Assembly (NCBI GenBank): GCA_036172245.1
Contig: JAYWIR010000016.1
Span: forward strand, 310,001-374,000
Origin: Raillietiella orientalis
Lineage: Eukaryota
Reading direction: 5' to 3'
DNA: 64,000 bases
Under the pieces are notes generated by a model. It had not been told where the DNA came from and did not search any database. It saw nothing but the letters and a program-made list of their open reading frames with translations. A program made the position numbers and the translations under genes. Of this stretch, positions 39,001 to 51,480 are shown in pieces (position 1 is the stretch's first letter; each line of letters begins with the position of its first letter).

Positions 39001-40486
39001 TGTAGGAAAGGAAACAGTGTAGCTTTTTTCATACTAGCTAGTTTTTCTCTCCTCTTGGCTGCATTTCTCAATTCCACGTCAGATCATTCTCCCGAGTGGT
39101 ATGCTTTTCACTTGTGGGACAACATCCCTACGTAACTTCATACGCTGTAAAGTACTTCCATATTTTGAGATATTCGCTTCTAGAAGCAACATTGCGTCTA
39201 ATAAACAATAAAAATTAAATACGAACGAGACTTTCACTTTATCTTCACTACATACATTAGGATATCCTTAGTTTTGTTTAATAAAATTTCATTTCCTTAT
39301 TTGGTATCCTTGTTCGTATATGTTTCGTGTAAGACTTGTTTTCCAATAATTTTAGGTATGCAAGTTACCTAAATAAGAATTATGTCTTCTGTCTAATACT
39401 TCCTGATTTCCAGTAATCCTCGAAAATTTGTTCCCATCACTCTTTCTTTTTTCTAACGAACTGTGCCTGTGTTTTGGATACCTCACAGCTGTGTTCTTTT
39501 ACGCAGGAGCAGCACACCGAAAGCGGAATGCATGCGTAATGGTACCATGTGTGTGTGTTTTTTCTTTTCTTTTCTCTTTTCCATTTTGATGTATCGGAAA
39601 CTTGGCTGCTCTGCTTCGCCGTGAGTGCATAAAAAAAAAATTCCCGATGTTTTTTTTTGTCCACGTTTTGAAACCGAGTGAAACGAAACCTCGATCTGTT
39701 GCTCCCCGTGTGCTTCAGTAAACTGTTGAGACTTGCAATGTTGACACTGAACAAGGGCAACACAGCAATTGGTTTTGGCAGTAGTTGCAAATTGTTTTCC
39801 ATGTTAAAATACGTGGATGTACCTGTACGATGTTTTCATTAATGTCTGTCTGTCCCCGTTTTTTTCTCTTCTCTCCTCCCCACCTGCAAATACTTGATTA
39901 TAAATAAATTGTTTTGTACACAACTTTCGATTGCGAGAACTGCCCTTCGAGTGCCGATGTTGTAAAAAGTTTTACTATAAAATTTTTCCCAGTTTCCATT
40001 AGATTTTGTTATCTATTGTTTTCATCGCCTTGTATATAAAATTTCCTTATAATGAAATTCGTTTTATCACGAAATAGTGTATCATTGAGTGCCTTGAAAA
40101 TACAAGATCAATTGTGAATTCAATTTATTTTTCAGTGATATTAAGCATCATAAAGAATTGTCTGCCTGCGGGCAGTCTCTTGACACAACATGGCTACTAT
40201 TAATGGCTAATCTAGTTTGTAGTATTTTTGAGGTGGATATTTGTAAGGACAGATTCTTTGTAAGGATATGATTAATGCTCAATATGTGGGTACTAACTTT
40301 GGCTGTTTTTCTTGCATTAGCAGTACAATTACTTAAGCATTAAATCAAATTTCTTAAGAAAAGATAAATAGTTCAATGTTGTTTCATAAGAGAAGCATTT
40401 AGTGTTACATTGAGATTGAAAACATACTACATTTGCCCATTCATTTGAGGGTTAGTAAGTGAATGGTTTGTTTTTCCAGAATCAAA

Positions 40487-42200
40487 ATGGATCCTCAGAT
40501 TATTTCGGATTTTCAAAAGCTGAAAGTTTTGACCACTTTCCAGTTGCAGCAGCAGGTAGATACACTTGTTGCTGATTTAAGTCAAGCTCTGGAGGAATCT
40601 TCATCTGCAAATTATAAGAGAAACTTTAAGAGATATTTGAAACAGAAAGGAAAGATACTGCATGCAGGTATAATGAAACACACAAGTTTGGTTAATTGCA
40701 GCAACAGAATGCTGTTTCACAGAGCCATCTGAAAGTAGTGGTGAAGAGATGGCTTTATCCCAGGATAGGAGTGTAAATTCACAGCCTCAGGTGTGGTGAG
40801 CAAGTAATTTAGATCAGGAAAAGTTTTGTGATCCAGAGTTACTCTGATGATGGCAACTCAGCCCCAGCCTCCTTCAGAATGAGTTCTTCCACCTGTTTAT
40901 CTAAGCCAGGAGCCATGGAATCAGACTCTGTTAATGAGGCCATCAGTGCAGGAAAACAAGTCTTCAAAAGGTACTTCAGAATGCACAGATAGCACAGCTT
41001 ACTTCCTTAGGAAGAGGCGATGTAAAACCATGAACTTGAATCCATGCTGCATGGATCTCAGCATCCCAATGACTGTCACTCATCGGAAGAAGAAAAAAAG
41101 TTTAAGGAGAGCCAGCAATTCTAGTTGCAAGTAAAAGCAACAGCACAAAATATGGAATATCTTGTCAGGTTTGATGTTTTCCAGATGGGCAAGAGAAAAA
41201 GAAATCAACCAGTTGGATCTCAGTTACTTCTACCTGATGCAGAGATGCGAGCTGTGAGAGAGTGAGTTTTGTAGGTTTTAGATTTCTAAATCTAGTTTGT
41301 AGTGGGGTGGTGAGTGGGGATAGTTTGAGTAGCAATGATGAAGATGGTACTGCTACCAATGACGAGGGTAGAGAAGGTAGGCGAAGTTATGCTAACTTTG
41401 ATTAAAGTGGATTTCACAGGAGATGATGAGCATAGTGATTGGTGCTGTGACTGGGACGAATGCATGGATGATGGGGATAATAAATTTCGAGAAATCCTGC
41501 AAGGCAGTTGGCCCCTGCTTCAGCCTGATACCCGTTTTGCTTACTTGGCTTCTGTGAAGTCCTATCTGGCTTCTGGTTTGAATGCCAGAGTTGGTCGTCG
41601 CCGTCTCCATGACTCACATCCTCTTTTCAACATCTTCTCTTCTTCCAAGCAGAAGATACTGCGTTTCCTGCAGGATGAAAGTCAAACAGACATTTTTGTC
41701 CCTTTGTCATCTCAGTCTTATGATCGAGATAAACTGGCCCAATTGGGAACCCTTTATTTCCTTCATATTATAGACGCTCCGGATGGAATTATCTTGAAAA
41801 AAATCAGGTAGGAAGCACTATAACCAGTGAATGTAAACTTCCATTACTTGCAGAAAACCAATGTCTGCTGGAGACAAATCCAATCCAGCATATTTCCATT
41901 CAAGGTTAGTAGCAGATCCTACTGATCGAAAACGCCAACGCAAATGCACTCCGACTGCACGTGAAGGTGAAATCAAATGTAACCAAATGCATCTGTATGG
42001 TTTTGGTTGTTTCAGAACCATCCCTTATTCCTGGAAATTGTTTCCCGATTCCAGACTCCAATCGAGGCAACCAAATGTTACGTGCAATGGGATGGGAGCC
42101 AGGGGAAGGCCTGGGGATTAGAAAACAGGGGATTTCGGTCCCCTTGCAGCCCACCATTTTTCGCAAATTTCAAGGATTTGCGTATGATGGAGACAGTTAG
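40487..42200 (+). CDS. GPATCH2: G-patch domain-containing protein 2-like (9 coding exons, 451 aa)
   Basis: Hand-spliced exons 40487-40667, 40723-40790, 40837-40970, 41011-41130, 41169-41261, 41303-41376, 41420-41807, 41854-41966, 42016-42200 give one open 1356-nt frame. GPATCH2-family motifs: LVADLSQALEESS, ESDS, RKRRCKTM, SLSS..TNDEGREGDDEHSDW, and the C-terminal G-patch IPDSNRGNQMLRAMGWEPGEGLGIRKQGISVPL. Confidence 0.9.
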
Positions 42201-42336
42201 GAGGGAGTTTTTTGCATTAGTACCGGAGCATTGGCATTGTGCTTGATTGCAGTTTGTCTGTAATCCCTGGGTTATTTGTAGAGATAATTATACGTCAGGA
42301 TTTCTCCCGAAGACATAACTCAGAACTAAATGAAAC

Positions 42337-42384
<48 letters not shown>
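42337..42384. repeat. (TA)n microsatellite, probably in the GPATCH2 3' UTR
   Basis: 48-nt TA run with one CA and one TG interruption, 137 nt after the stop codon; an AATAAA follows at 42588-42593. Confidence 0.9.
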
Positions 42385-45300
42385 AAGAGCAGGTGCTCCC
42401 ATCATGAAGCAGTATGTGTTGAAATCCAGTCCAAATGTCATATATAATTTGTTTGTAGATTGGACAGAGTGATACATATATTCACGGGGAAATGAGTTTA
42501 AAAATCTCATTTTCGACCCACCCGAGTCGATGAAAGTGAAAGAAAGAAAAAAACATGCATTTCCATATGTTTATGATGGAGTGGAGGAATAAAAATTTTC
42601 AAAACCGCCTCGGTCCATTATTTTGAGTTGAATGCACACCGATTCAAGAAATGCACGTGTCAAGGGTCGACTTCTTGCGCTCCTGAAATGCAGCGAAATC
42701 CAGTCCTTCCTGTAGGGCAGGTTCCCCAACTATGGCGGAGCACTTTACGCGAATTTCAACCTTGGAATGCCTTGGTTATTTTATAGGGCAGATTAAGAAT
42801 AAACAAATTAAGCAAGTTGGAGCTAAGAAAACGAAACAGACATTGATTCTCACGTTTTAATTGCGGAAAATTTTAATTTTTCGCGGAACGCTTACCGACT
42901 TTCCTTGGGAGACTCTGCTTTGGCGCGCGCTCCGGGCCAATGAAGCTAGCCGTCCGGTTGCCCCCCCTGGGTCCAAGCAGGTCCGTATAGGTGCGGGGTG
43001 GACGCTTCTTCCACCTCTCCGTACTTGCCACGTACAAAGCTGCCCGTGAAGTACGACGAGTCCGTTAAGGTGTGACGCGCATGCGACGGACCACGGGTTC
43101 TCTGCTGCCCAAGCAGCTGACCACCGACCACTGAGGTTGTTTTCCCCGCTCCTTTCGAGAACGAATCGGTGGTGCGCCACTAACGCTCTGCGCGCGTTTG
43201 TTACTTGCGGGAAGCAACAAATGCTCACCCTGTGACCGATTGTGATTGTGAAGCATCACCTTCCTTCCGCCGGCTTTCCTTTCCTTTCGATTACCTGCGT
43301 CGTTTCGGGATCGAAGGGGCTGTGTCGTCGCAGAAGAGCCCAAGCATTCTGCTCCCCTAGGGCGATCGGCAGCGGCAGCACCCTCAACCGTGGATGATGG
43401 ACTGGGTGAAAGAGTGGTCATTCGGTGCGCAAGTAGCTTAAGCGGGCAACCTGCTGCAGCCTTGCGACTGGTGGGCTGACACGGTACACGCTCAATGTGG
43501 CCATCTGCCCCTACCCTTCAAAGAAACGTCGGTGTTTTGTGTCGCTGGCACATGGGTTTCGTTTGTTCGAGCCCCCGCATGTGGAATTCATCCTCTGAGA
43601 CTTCCTTCCACCCTGCCTGTTTTACCCTCTTGCCTTAGTCCGCTGTTTCGAGATCCGATTGTGGAGTGCTCGAGTCCCTCAAGGCATTTTGGATCCGCGT
43701 GCCCTGCACTTGTGGACAGCTTCCTCTGCAAGTGTCTTCCGGAAATGTTTCCCGCTCCGATACACTGAAAGCACATACGTTGAAGGCTGCCTTGTTGTGA
43801 ATATTTGCATTTTTATTTTTCATTTTGAATGGAAGGGAGCGGTGACACAGGAGATTCGCTAGGAATCGAATTCATCTCCCTGGCCAAAATCTGCTTTCCA
43901 CCGACACCATGTGGGATTCATTTTCACCAGTGTCATCGGCAAAGACGATCATGGAGTGCCAATGACCAAAGCTTGTTATAGCTTCCTGACGTGTGTGGGA
44001 AGTGTTGAGGGGAGCAGAAAGCGCGTTTCCAGTGTTCGTACTACGGACTGAGTAGTGAAAGCGCTTCTTTTTTTTTTTACACCCAGCCCAGTCCTTCGTC
44101 CATTCTTCTACAAAGTACTGTGTTTCAGAATTTCTGCTCTCGTTACGTGGTAGTTTTTTTTTTTTCGTTCATCTCCAGGGTGTTTTGTGAAAAGCGAAAG
44201 ATGCCGCCCTCCTGAGCGAGGAAACGCATGACGTGGACGTGGAGAGTCTGACGCTCTCCGTGGCTCTCCGAGGGAGAGACGGAGCCATCCCGTTCGAGAC
44301 GGAAGCGGAAGTTCGCCGCCGGCATTCATCCAGGGTGCGCGCTGAGATGGTGTTCCGCGCAGTTTCGGTGCAGTCAGTCCGCGGCTGAAGAATCTTCCCG
44401 GATTCCCGCAGGACAAGACAGTGGGCAAGCAGGACGTTTGCAACGGAAGCACCTCCGAAATCCCCATTCCCAGCTTTTTGAGGTACACGAGAGCTTTCCG
44501 ATCCATACATCGCATTAGCTGGGAGATGGCAGTTGTCATAGCTGCGTACCCAAGTCTGGAAGAGTCCGCAACCCGTGAACGCTTTGGAATACTTCCAAAG
44601 TGTTTGAAGCCTCGAGCATCCAAAAGACTTTCCCAAGGCACCGGATGCCTGGATAATGAATTCTTGTACTGCACTGCATAAGTATTGCATAGTCAAGCTT
44701 ATTTGATTTCCTGACTTGGGGATGAATATCTGGTCAGAAAGTTCGGTTGGATGCGACACGTTAAGAGCAAGAGATGAAAACTGCCATCTCACGGTCCCTA
44801 AATCTCCGCGACGGGCATGGACCGACTAAAATGCGAGAGAAATTTGTCGAGGAAAGCAGAAACGGGGCGATAAATCACATGTGTCAAAAAGCAGCGATGT
44901 TGATGAAATAAAGACGCCATGTTTCATTAGTAATGCTAACGAAATGCGGGAAAAAAAAACCAAAAAAAAACCCTCACCATTCAAGAGAATAGTTCCTCAG
45001 ATCATTTGTTCCTTAGATCTTAAAGCCGTGCAGCACTCCTGAAAAGAAGAATTGATTCGCGCTAGGGAAACTGCAATGAGGGATTTTTCAAAATGTGCTT
45101 TCAGCACGCATCGCCAAATTATCGTGAAGCTCCGAGGGCGAAACGCGATGGTCATCTTGCAGCCGATGCTCTGGCTGCTTGTTGTCTGGTTGGGAGTCAT
45201 CCGTAACGCTTTCCTCGAGTGCCCTCTCCCCCGTAAACAGGACAACAGCACGTTCCCGTGAAGAACGATCGGAAGTTTTCCAAGTTCTGTTTTCGAAGAA

Positions 45301-46054
45301 CTGCATGCCCGCACGAGCTGAAGATGGAAAATCGCAGCTTCGTTTCTTGTTTTTTCCCCTCTCTACACCTGGCGCGATGACCTCGGATCCGATTCGTCAT
45401 TCGTGCCAAAAAAAAAAAAAAAGCTTTCCCAGCCTCCACGGTTCGCCTGAGAACGTATGGAACTTTACAACCCGACAAAAACGTTCCCGAGTTTAAGGAG
45501 ACGCCCGAACGTTCTCGGTCCAGAGCACCGCAGCGACTCGTGAGAGTACGTAGAAGGAAACTCAGTGGATTCTGCAGCAACATTCCTTCCTCGAACCGAC
45601 CATCTGTGAAGATTTGGCTCGCAGGCTCGCTTTTCCGAACCGTCGGCATCGGCTGCTGCGTAGGTGCGTGCTGAGTACTGATAAGGGAGCGTTCCACGAA
45701 CTTTCGATGGGTTTTTCGAAAAAAAGACAGACAGCTTTCTCGGCCCAGACGCGTCCACGCGGATCTCCTGGTGGTTCTGATTTTCTTCTTGCACCACTCC
45801 GGAACCGAATAAAGGTGGAACTTCAGTGGCGGCCGTTCGACCGAGCTCTTGCAAGCCGGAGTGAACCCGGTGAGCTGCTTCGGCACCTCATCGAAACCGC
45901 CGAAAGTTTGCTTCTTTCGGCTTTTTTCGGGTCTTCGCGCTTCTGGCTGCAGCTGTCGCCGGCCAGGGTGTGGCAAGCAAACGTACGGCACCCACCACAG
46001 TGTCTCGCCTTCAGCTCTCGTGCCTCTCAAGCTTATTTGATTTCCCACTGGGCG

Positions 46055-46995
46055 CCCTTGGGCACCGGCAGAGCTGACCTGAGGAATGGATGGCGACTCC
46101 AAGGGTCGAGGTCACTTGGCTGCGATAGGAGGCCCGGCCGTGGATCCTGGAAGAACCTCTTCCATCCCTTTCCTGTAGACGGTGGATGAGCGATACGGGC
46201 CCCTGCCTGCCGGCCACGCAACGCGCCGGTGGGCAGGCGAGAGACCAACCTCTCCGAGAGACGGTCGTGGGAGGCGCCTGCCAACTTCCGCCTAGGGGAG
46301 ATAAGATGTGGCAAGAGATGGGAGTCATCAGTATTTCGTATCCGCATCAGGGAGGAAAGATCTCTTTCTTCTTAGTGATGGAGAACAGAGGAGGAAAGAT
46401 GCAGGAAACAAGATGCTTCGCACACTGCATCCGACTTCCTTAAACGTAGAGTTACTCCCACTCTGGCATTCGTTGATTTTTAACGGAAGCCCAAGAGTGT
46501 AACAACCTGTCGCTAGGAAGGCAGGAACCCCCCGGCCTACAGATGCCAGGATCGGAGGAAACTCATTGCGGTCGGCTCTGAGAGAGCTCATTCTACAGTC
46601 GGAAGTAGAGAAAGTAAATGAGTTTGCCGAAGCGCGGTCCAGATCCTCACTGCCACGGAGATCGTGGTGAGACGCAAAAAGCAGCCATTTCGTTTGCGAC
46701 GCGAACGCGATCTCCCATTGCGCCAGTTGCCTCTTGGAAGTGCAGAGTCCGGCCGCTAGATGAAGCTGCGGGCGCCCCAAACGCAGCTTTACGCCTGCAG
46801 ACGGTCTAATGCTTGCGGTTTTTTTAGATGGGCTCCAGGAAGGCGAGGCACGTGAGACTGGCGGTGAGTCGGAACAGGAAGGGGATGGAAGAGGTTCTTC
46901 CGGCATCCACGACCGGGTCTCCTACCGCAGCCAAGTGACCTCGATCCTTGGAGTCGCCATCCATTCCCCAGGTCAGCTCTGCCGTTGCCCAAGGG
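46055..46995. repeat. 122-bp inverted repeat pair (46055-46176 and 46874-46995)
   Basis: The arms align without gaps, with 9 mismatches by hand count; spacer 697 bp. Confidence 0.9.
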
Positions 46996-47949
46996 AGTCC
47001 AGCGGGACCGAGGGAAGGCTTCGAACCCCCAAACCGAGTTCCCTCGGGACTTCCGCGATAAGGGAGAGGAGCAGGACTCCTGCCTCCGCTGCCGCTAGCC
47101 ATCCCCGCTCTCCTCCTCCCTGGATCGATCCCGGGAGCGACCGGAAGGGGAGGGATGCGGCGCCCCCGCTACTCCTGCTGTCGCGAAGGGGAATACCGAC
47201 TTCCGGTAGGGAGAGGACCCTCCCCTCTAGGGGAGGATCCATCAGTGGGCCCACCTATGGAGCGCGAAAGGGTCGAGGGACGGCGAAGGAAGCGGCAGAA
47301 GCAGTGTCTTTCGGCCACCTGTTCCCTCGGAAACTTTCGTGACCTTGCAGGTCCGCGGCAACCCAGGAGAGGGTGGAGCCCCCACTTGACCACCGTAGAC
47401 CGGTTCCTCGCTCCCAATCTTCCTGGAGGAGGGGTTCGGGCTGGCCACCCCACGACTCGACGGTTTCCACCACGCGAAGGCGTTGGCAAGCAGCAGCGTG
47501 GGGAAGCTGAGGTGGCACCTACGGTGCGTAGGGGGAGTGCTGCTGATAGCCTTGCATGTAAAAGGTGCCCAAGCGGAGATCAGCACAACGGTAATAGAAC
47601 TGGGGTGGGGTAGGGTGGCAATGGGGAGGAGGGTCGTGGAGTGGCGCCGACAGCGGAAAGGGCAGGTGGGGCAGGGGGCTCGTGGGGCGTTTCTCCGGAC
47701 CCCTTCCCTACCTACCGGACTCCAGGCACGTGTGAGAAATTCCGGCCTCCTAGGGAGCCCCGCATTGGCAGCTCTGCCGCTCCTCGCCCCCCTCCCCTGG
47801 AGGAAGGGGGGAAAGGGAGGCAGCGGCCACCCCTCACGAGCGAAGTCCGTCCCTGCGCTCCCTCCCAGCGCACCGGAGACAGGAACCTCGCGAGGAGAGT
47901 CCCACAAACGCTGCGCAGGGAAAGGGGACGACCTCATCCACACAATCGA

Positions 47950-48244
47950 ATGGGGGAACCCTAAAGAGAAAAGGCTCCGTGACCGCTCCCTTGGAAGGAC
48001 CCCAGAGAGTCAACTTCCGACCCCAAAGATCAGTCGACAGAAGCATTCGGTCCCCAATGCCGCACCTGTAGCCCGTGAGCCGGCCAGTGTCGTCCTGTAC
48101 GAAGAGGAGGAAGGAGGTGGTGGTAGAATCGAAACTCATGAAGCACCCACTATTCTCGGCGTCGGTCTTCCGCGTGGGGATTCGAACCCGCGGCTCCAGG
48201 TGCCGCACGCGGCAGCCGCAGCTGCACGGCCGTCAACGCGTGGC
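47950..48244 (-). mobile_element. tRNA-headed repeat, copy C (may extend to ~46870)
   Basis: Minus-strand head GCCACGCGTTGACGGCCGTG..GCGGCACC..GCGGGTTCGAATCCCCACGCGG with an acceptor-like CGCGT/ACGCG pairing and a T-arm; body blocks CAGGACGACACTGG..GTGCGGCATTGG and GGAAGTTGAC..GGGTCCTTCCA match copies A and B. Confidence 0.65.
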
Positions 48245-49199
48245 TTCTCAGATGCGCTGACGTGCAGGGTAGACAGAGGCGTTGCTCCCCTTCCTTCCCC
48301 TCCCCATTCTCATTTCCTGAACGTAATGGGAAGCGCGATTCCAGCGCGGGCACAGTCTTCAGGACACCCGCTGCAGCCAGCCCTCGGCAGACTGGCGACT
48401 GCACGATGGAAGGGCTCTGGTGCTGTCCCCCACGAGGGAGCCGCCGATCGACAGCAAGAAGGAGGGGGGGGGAAGGGAGGATCGAAGGGATTCCGTGGCT
48501 GCAGCTGACCGTCCCCTCGTCCCCTTGACAGCTCGACTCCAGTAAAGAGGCTCAGGGGTTCCGTTCTTCCAGGTGGCGCCCAGAACAGGCTGCGGGACGA
48601 AGTCTCTCGTAGCCTGCGATCCAGTGTGCTGATGCTGCGATGGTAGGCGAACCAACTCTCCTCCCCTGGCCTGGAGACAGGTGCGTCGGAGTTGACCACC
48701 CCCTTGCCGCTGCAGCGGCCCTACAAGCTGGAAACTGCAGCCAGGGTCCCAAAGGGCCATCCGGGTGTCGCGTCGCGACTCCCCCACCACACCTCCCTCC
48801 ATCACCAGGCGCCTCCGTCGAACGAGTGCTGTCCCTGGTCGAACGGATGAGAGGCTTCCACTTGGCAGGGGCCAGAAGACGGATGGAGTTTCCGCTGGGT
48901 GGCAGGGCCTCGTGCTTCTCCTTTCGTCTGCATGCGAGCCCCGAGCGGGTTTGCTGCTCCCGCCACCAGAGCTCTGCCACCCCTCTCTCCCAGAAGGAGG
49001 CACTAGACGCGCTTCCCAGCGTCTTCCGAGCATCCCTTCCTCCATTCCCTTTGGCGATGCGCGCTATCGACCCGTCCCGCCCTGGTTCGCTTCTTAGCCC
49101 CATCCCCATTTCGAGAATTCTCTTCCTCCCCGATCACTGGACGTCCCGTTTCCTGTTTGGAACCCTCTGCTTCCAGCTCCATCTCAGGCTACCCCCTGA

Positions 49200-50356
49200 A
49201 GCCTCCACTGCCTTGAGGAATGCAATGCACTGACGCCTCCTGGCGCAGAGAAGTCGAACTGATGGTTGGTTCTCTGAGTATTCCATTGTCTTCAGCAGGA
49301 ACGTGCGAACCCTAGATAGTTCTCCCCCGGTTCGGGCGGTTGCCATCTTCGTGCTGGGTGGTTCTTCCCGTACGGTTCCGCGGCCTCTGCTCCGTCCCCT
49401 CATTTCTTTTGGAGAACCGTAACGCTCCCCACCCCCTTCTACTGCGTGAACCTAAGGGGAGCAGTGGACATCCAACTGTCAGCGAGGTGAGAAGTGACCT
49501 GCGTGATAAGGAGCAGGAAAAAACATCTGTGTGCATGGACAACTCGGGAGCTGGCTGACGCCACGACCCCGAATGTCCCACCCAAAGGACTGCTACTCCC
49601 GGGAGAGCTGCCACAAATTTCTCCGGAGGAGGTAGGGTGGCACCCAGCGTGTTGCAACCACCTTCCCCCTTAAAGTGGCAGGAGTCGGCGCCTCTGCTGC
49701 TGCAATGGAGCCTCCCGTGCAACGCCCGCCGACACCATTGGACCCGTGGGAGTGTAAGTCCGAACTGAGGCAGGTGCGACCAGGAAGAGTCCCTCCTGCA
49801 CCTCCTAGTGAACTGTGTTGCCCTATGCCCCATGTGGGAATGCTTTGCCGCATCCCTGCGTATCCCCGAGGACAAACGCAGAGACGTTTGAAAGCGTCTC
49901 TTCCTGAGCGACGCCCTCACGCCAGCCGCATCCCCAGCAGCACTTTGCTGTCCACGCGATGGGATCATGGCTGCATAGAGCAGCAGCGCCAGAGGAGGCC
50001 AGAACGACAGGGATGCCATCTATTGTACTGTTCTCTTCATGGGGATAGCGTCAAGATGGCTGAGAACCTCGAAACAGGAACTTGCTGGCATCCTTACAAG
50101 GATGCAGAGGACATCCTTCAGCACACAGTAATCCCTTTCCGACTCCCCATCCCATCGCAAGTTTTTGTATTCATTTGTTTTATTTTTCCTTTTTTTGTAT
50201 CCCTTTCTCCTGAGCTGCCGTGGCGAACCACAACGGCCTGCGCGCCGGTTCTCGGCAGGTTCGCTCTGTACGTTTTGTCAAGTAGCAAGATCACGCATCT
50301 TGCCACTTGTGTCTAAGTTTTATTTTGAATAAATAAACGCCCCGGCGTCACCAGGT
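49200..50356 (+). mobile_element. Decayed non-LTR retrotransposon, family A copy 4
   Basis: SPN*GRCDQEESLLHLLVNCVALCPMW..RLFLSDALTPAASPAALCC (about 49755-49950), U-rich UTR, terminus AATAAACGCCCCGGCGTCACCAGGT at 50332-50356. 5' boundary approximate. Confidence 0.8.
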
Positions 50357-51480
50357 GTCAAATCCACTGCGTGGTTCTGAAGCCGTCATGGTAACCCATC
50401 CCGTTGGTTACTAAGGTTAAACTGCGACGAACTTGCACCGAAAACCGAATCTGCAGAAGTAGCGGCGGCGGTGGACGAGCTGCCGTGGGTGGGAATGCCC
50501 GGTAGTCACGGGGGCAACCTCGGTCTGGAAAATGCCAGTCCCCCGCCTGCTTGGGAGGTTGCCCGGAGGCACCGCCTTGCGATGCAGAAGCACCGCTCCT
50601 GCTCGCTCCAGTCCTTCGGGAGGTGAGAGACCCGGTAGCGCGGTTGTGGCGCGGAGAGACTCGGGGCTCCTCTGTGCGACAGCTCCTGCTGAAAGTGCAG
50701 GGGACGCGCATCCTACCTTTTCAAGGGAGAAAGACTCGGTGATGTGGGGAGGCGACGGCGCGCCCTACTCGTCGACCGGGCCTCCTCCCATTGTCCGCGC
50801 AGGCGAGCAGCAGGAACTCTGCAAGCCGGGTGTGTGAGTGTGGAGCGACCCTCTCTGGAAAGACAGCCGAAAAGTGGATCGGGGGGAAGGATGCAGTGGT
50901 GAAGGATTCCAGAACCCCGCACGGCTCCCGGGAGGTCCGAACTGGGGTGGGGGCGCTTGCCTGTCTGGTTCCGCAGCGAAAGAGGAACAGCACGCGTAGG
51001 ACTACGCGGGGGTGTCGCGGCGGCGGCGCCGGAAAAATCGACCCGGGATCCGCGCGTCCCGAGGCGGGCAGCTCCAAGACGAGTTCCAGACGGCGCCGTC
51101 GGCTCGTGCAACTCTCTCCCCCTCCCCCTCCCTCGCGGCTCCGTAACTGAAGTGGGAACGCGACGCTCTCAAGGAGCCGCAGCCTGCCGGGAGAGCCACA
51201 TCGTGACCTTGAACCAGCCTTGAGGTGCACCGCGCGGTGCTCGCAGCTGAGTGCGGAGCTAATCGGGAAATGCGGGCGGAAGATCACGGTCCGTGTCGGG
51301 TGCGCGAGACTTCTGAGAATGCGAAGGACCCTGAGGCAGTGCCTGGGGCGGCGTATGAGGAGGAAAGCACGAAGCTGTGAGTTCCCGTGATGGGAGGTGA
51401 TCCCAAGAACCGATTCGGGAAACTCCTCTTCCGAGAGGCGAGACTGTCTGAAGAAGGACTGACTGGGGGTGTGGGTTCTC

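Noticed and set aside
48170..48244. Functional tRNA gene
   Set aside because: The T-arm and a partial acceptor stem are present, but D and anticodon arms do not fold convincingly, and the sequence continues into a body shared with two other copies, so it is treated as a repeat head.
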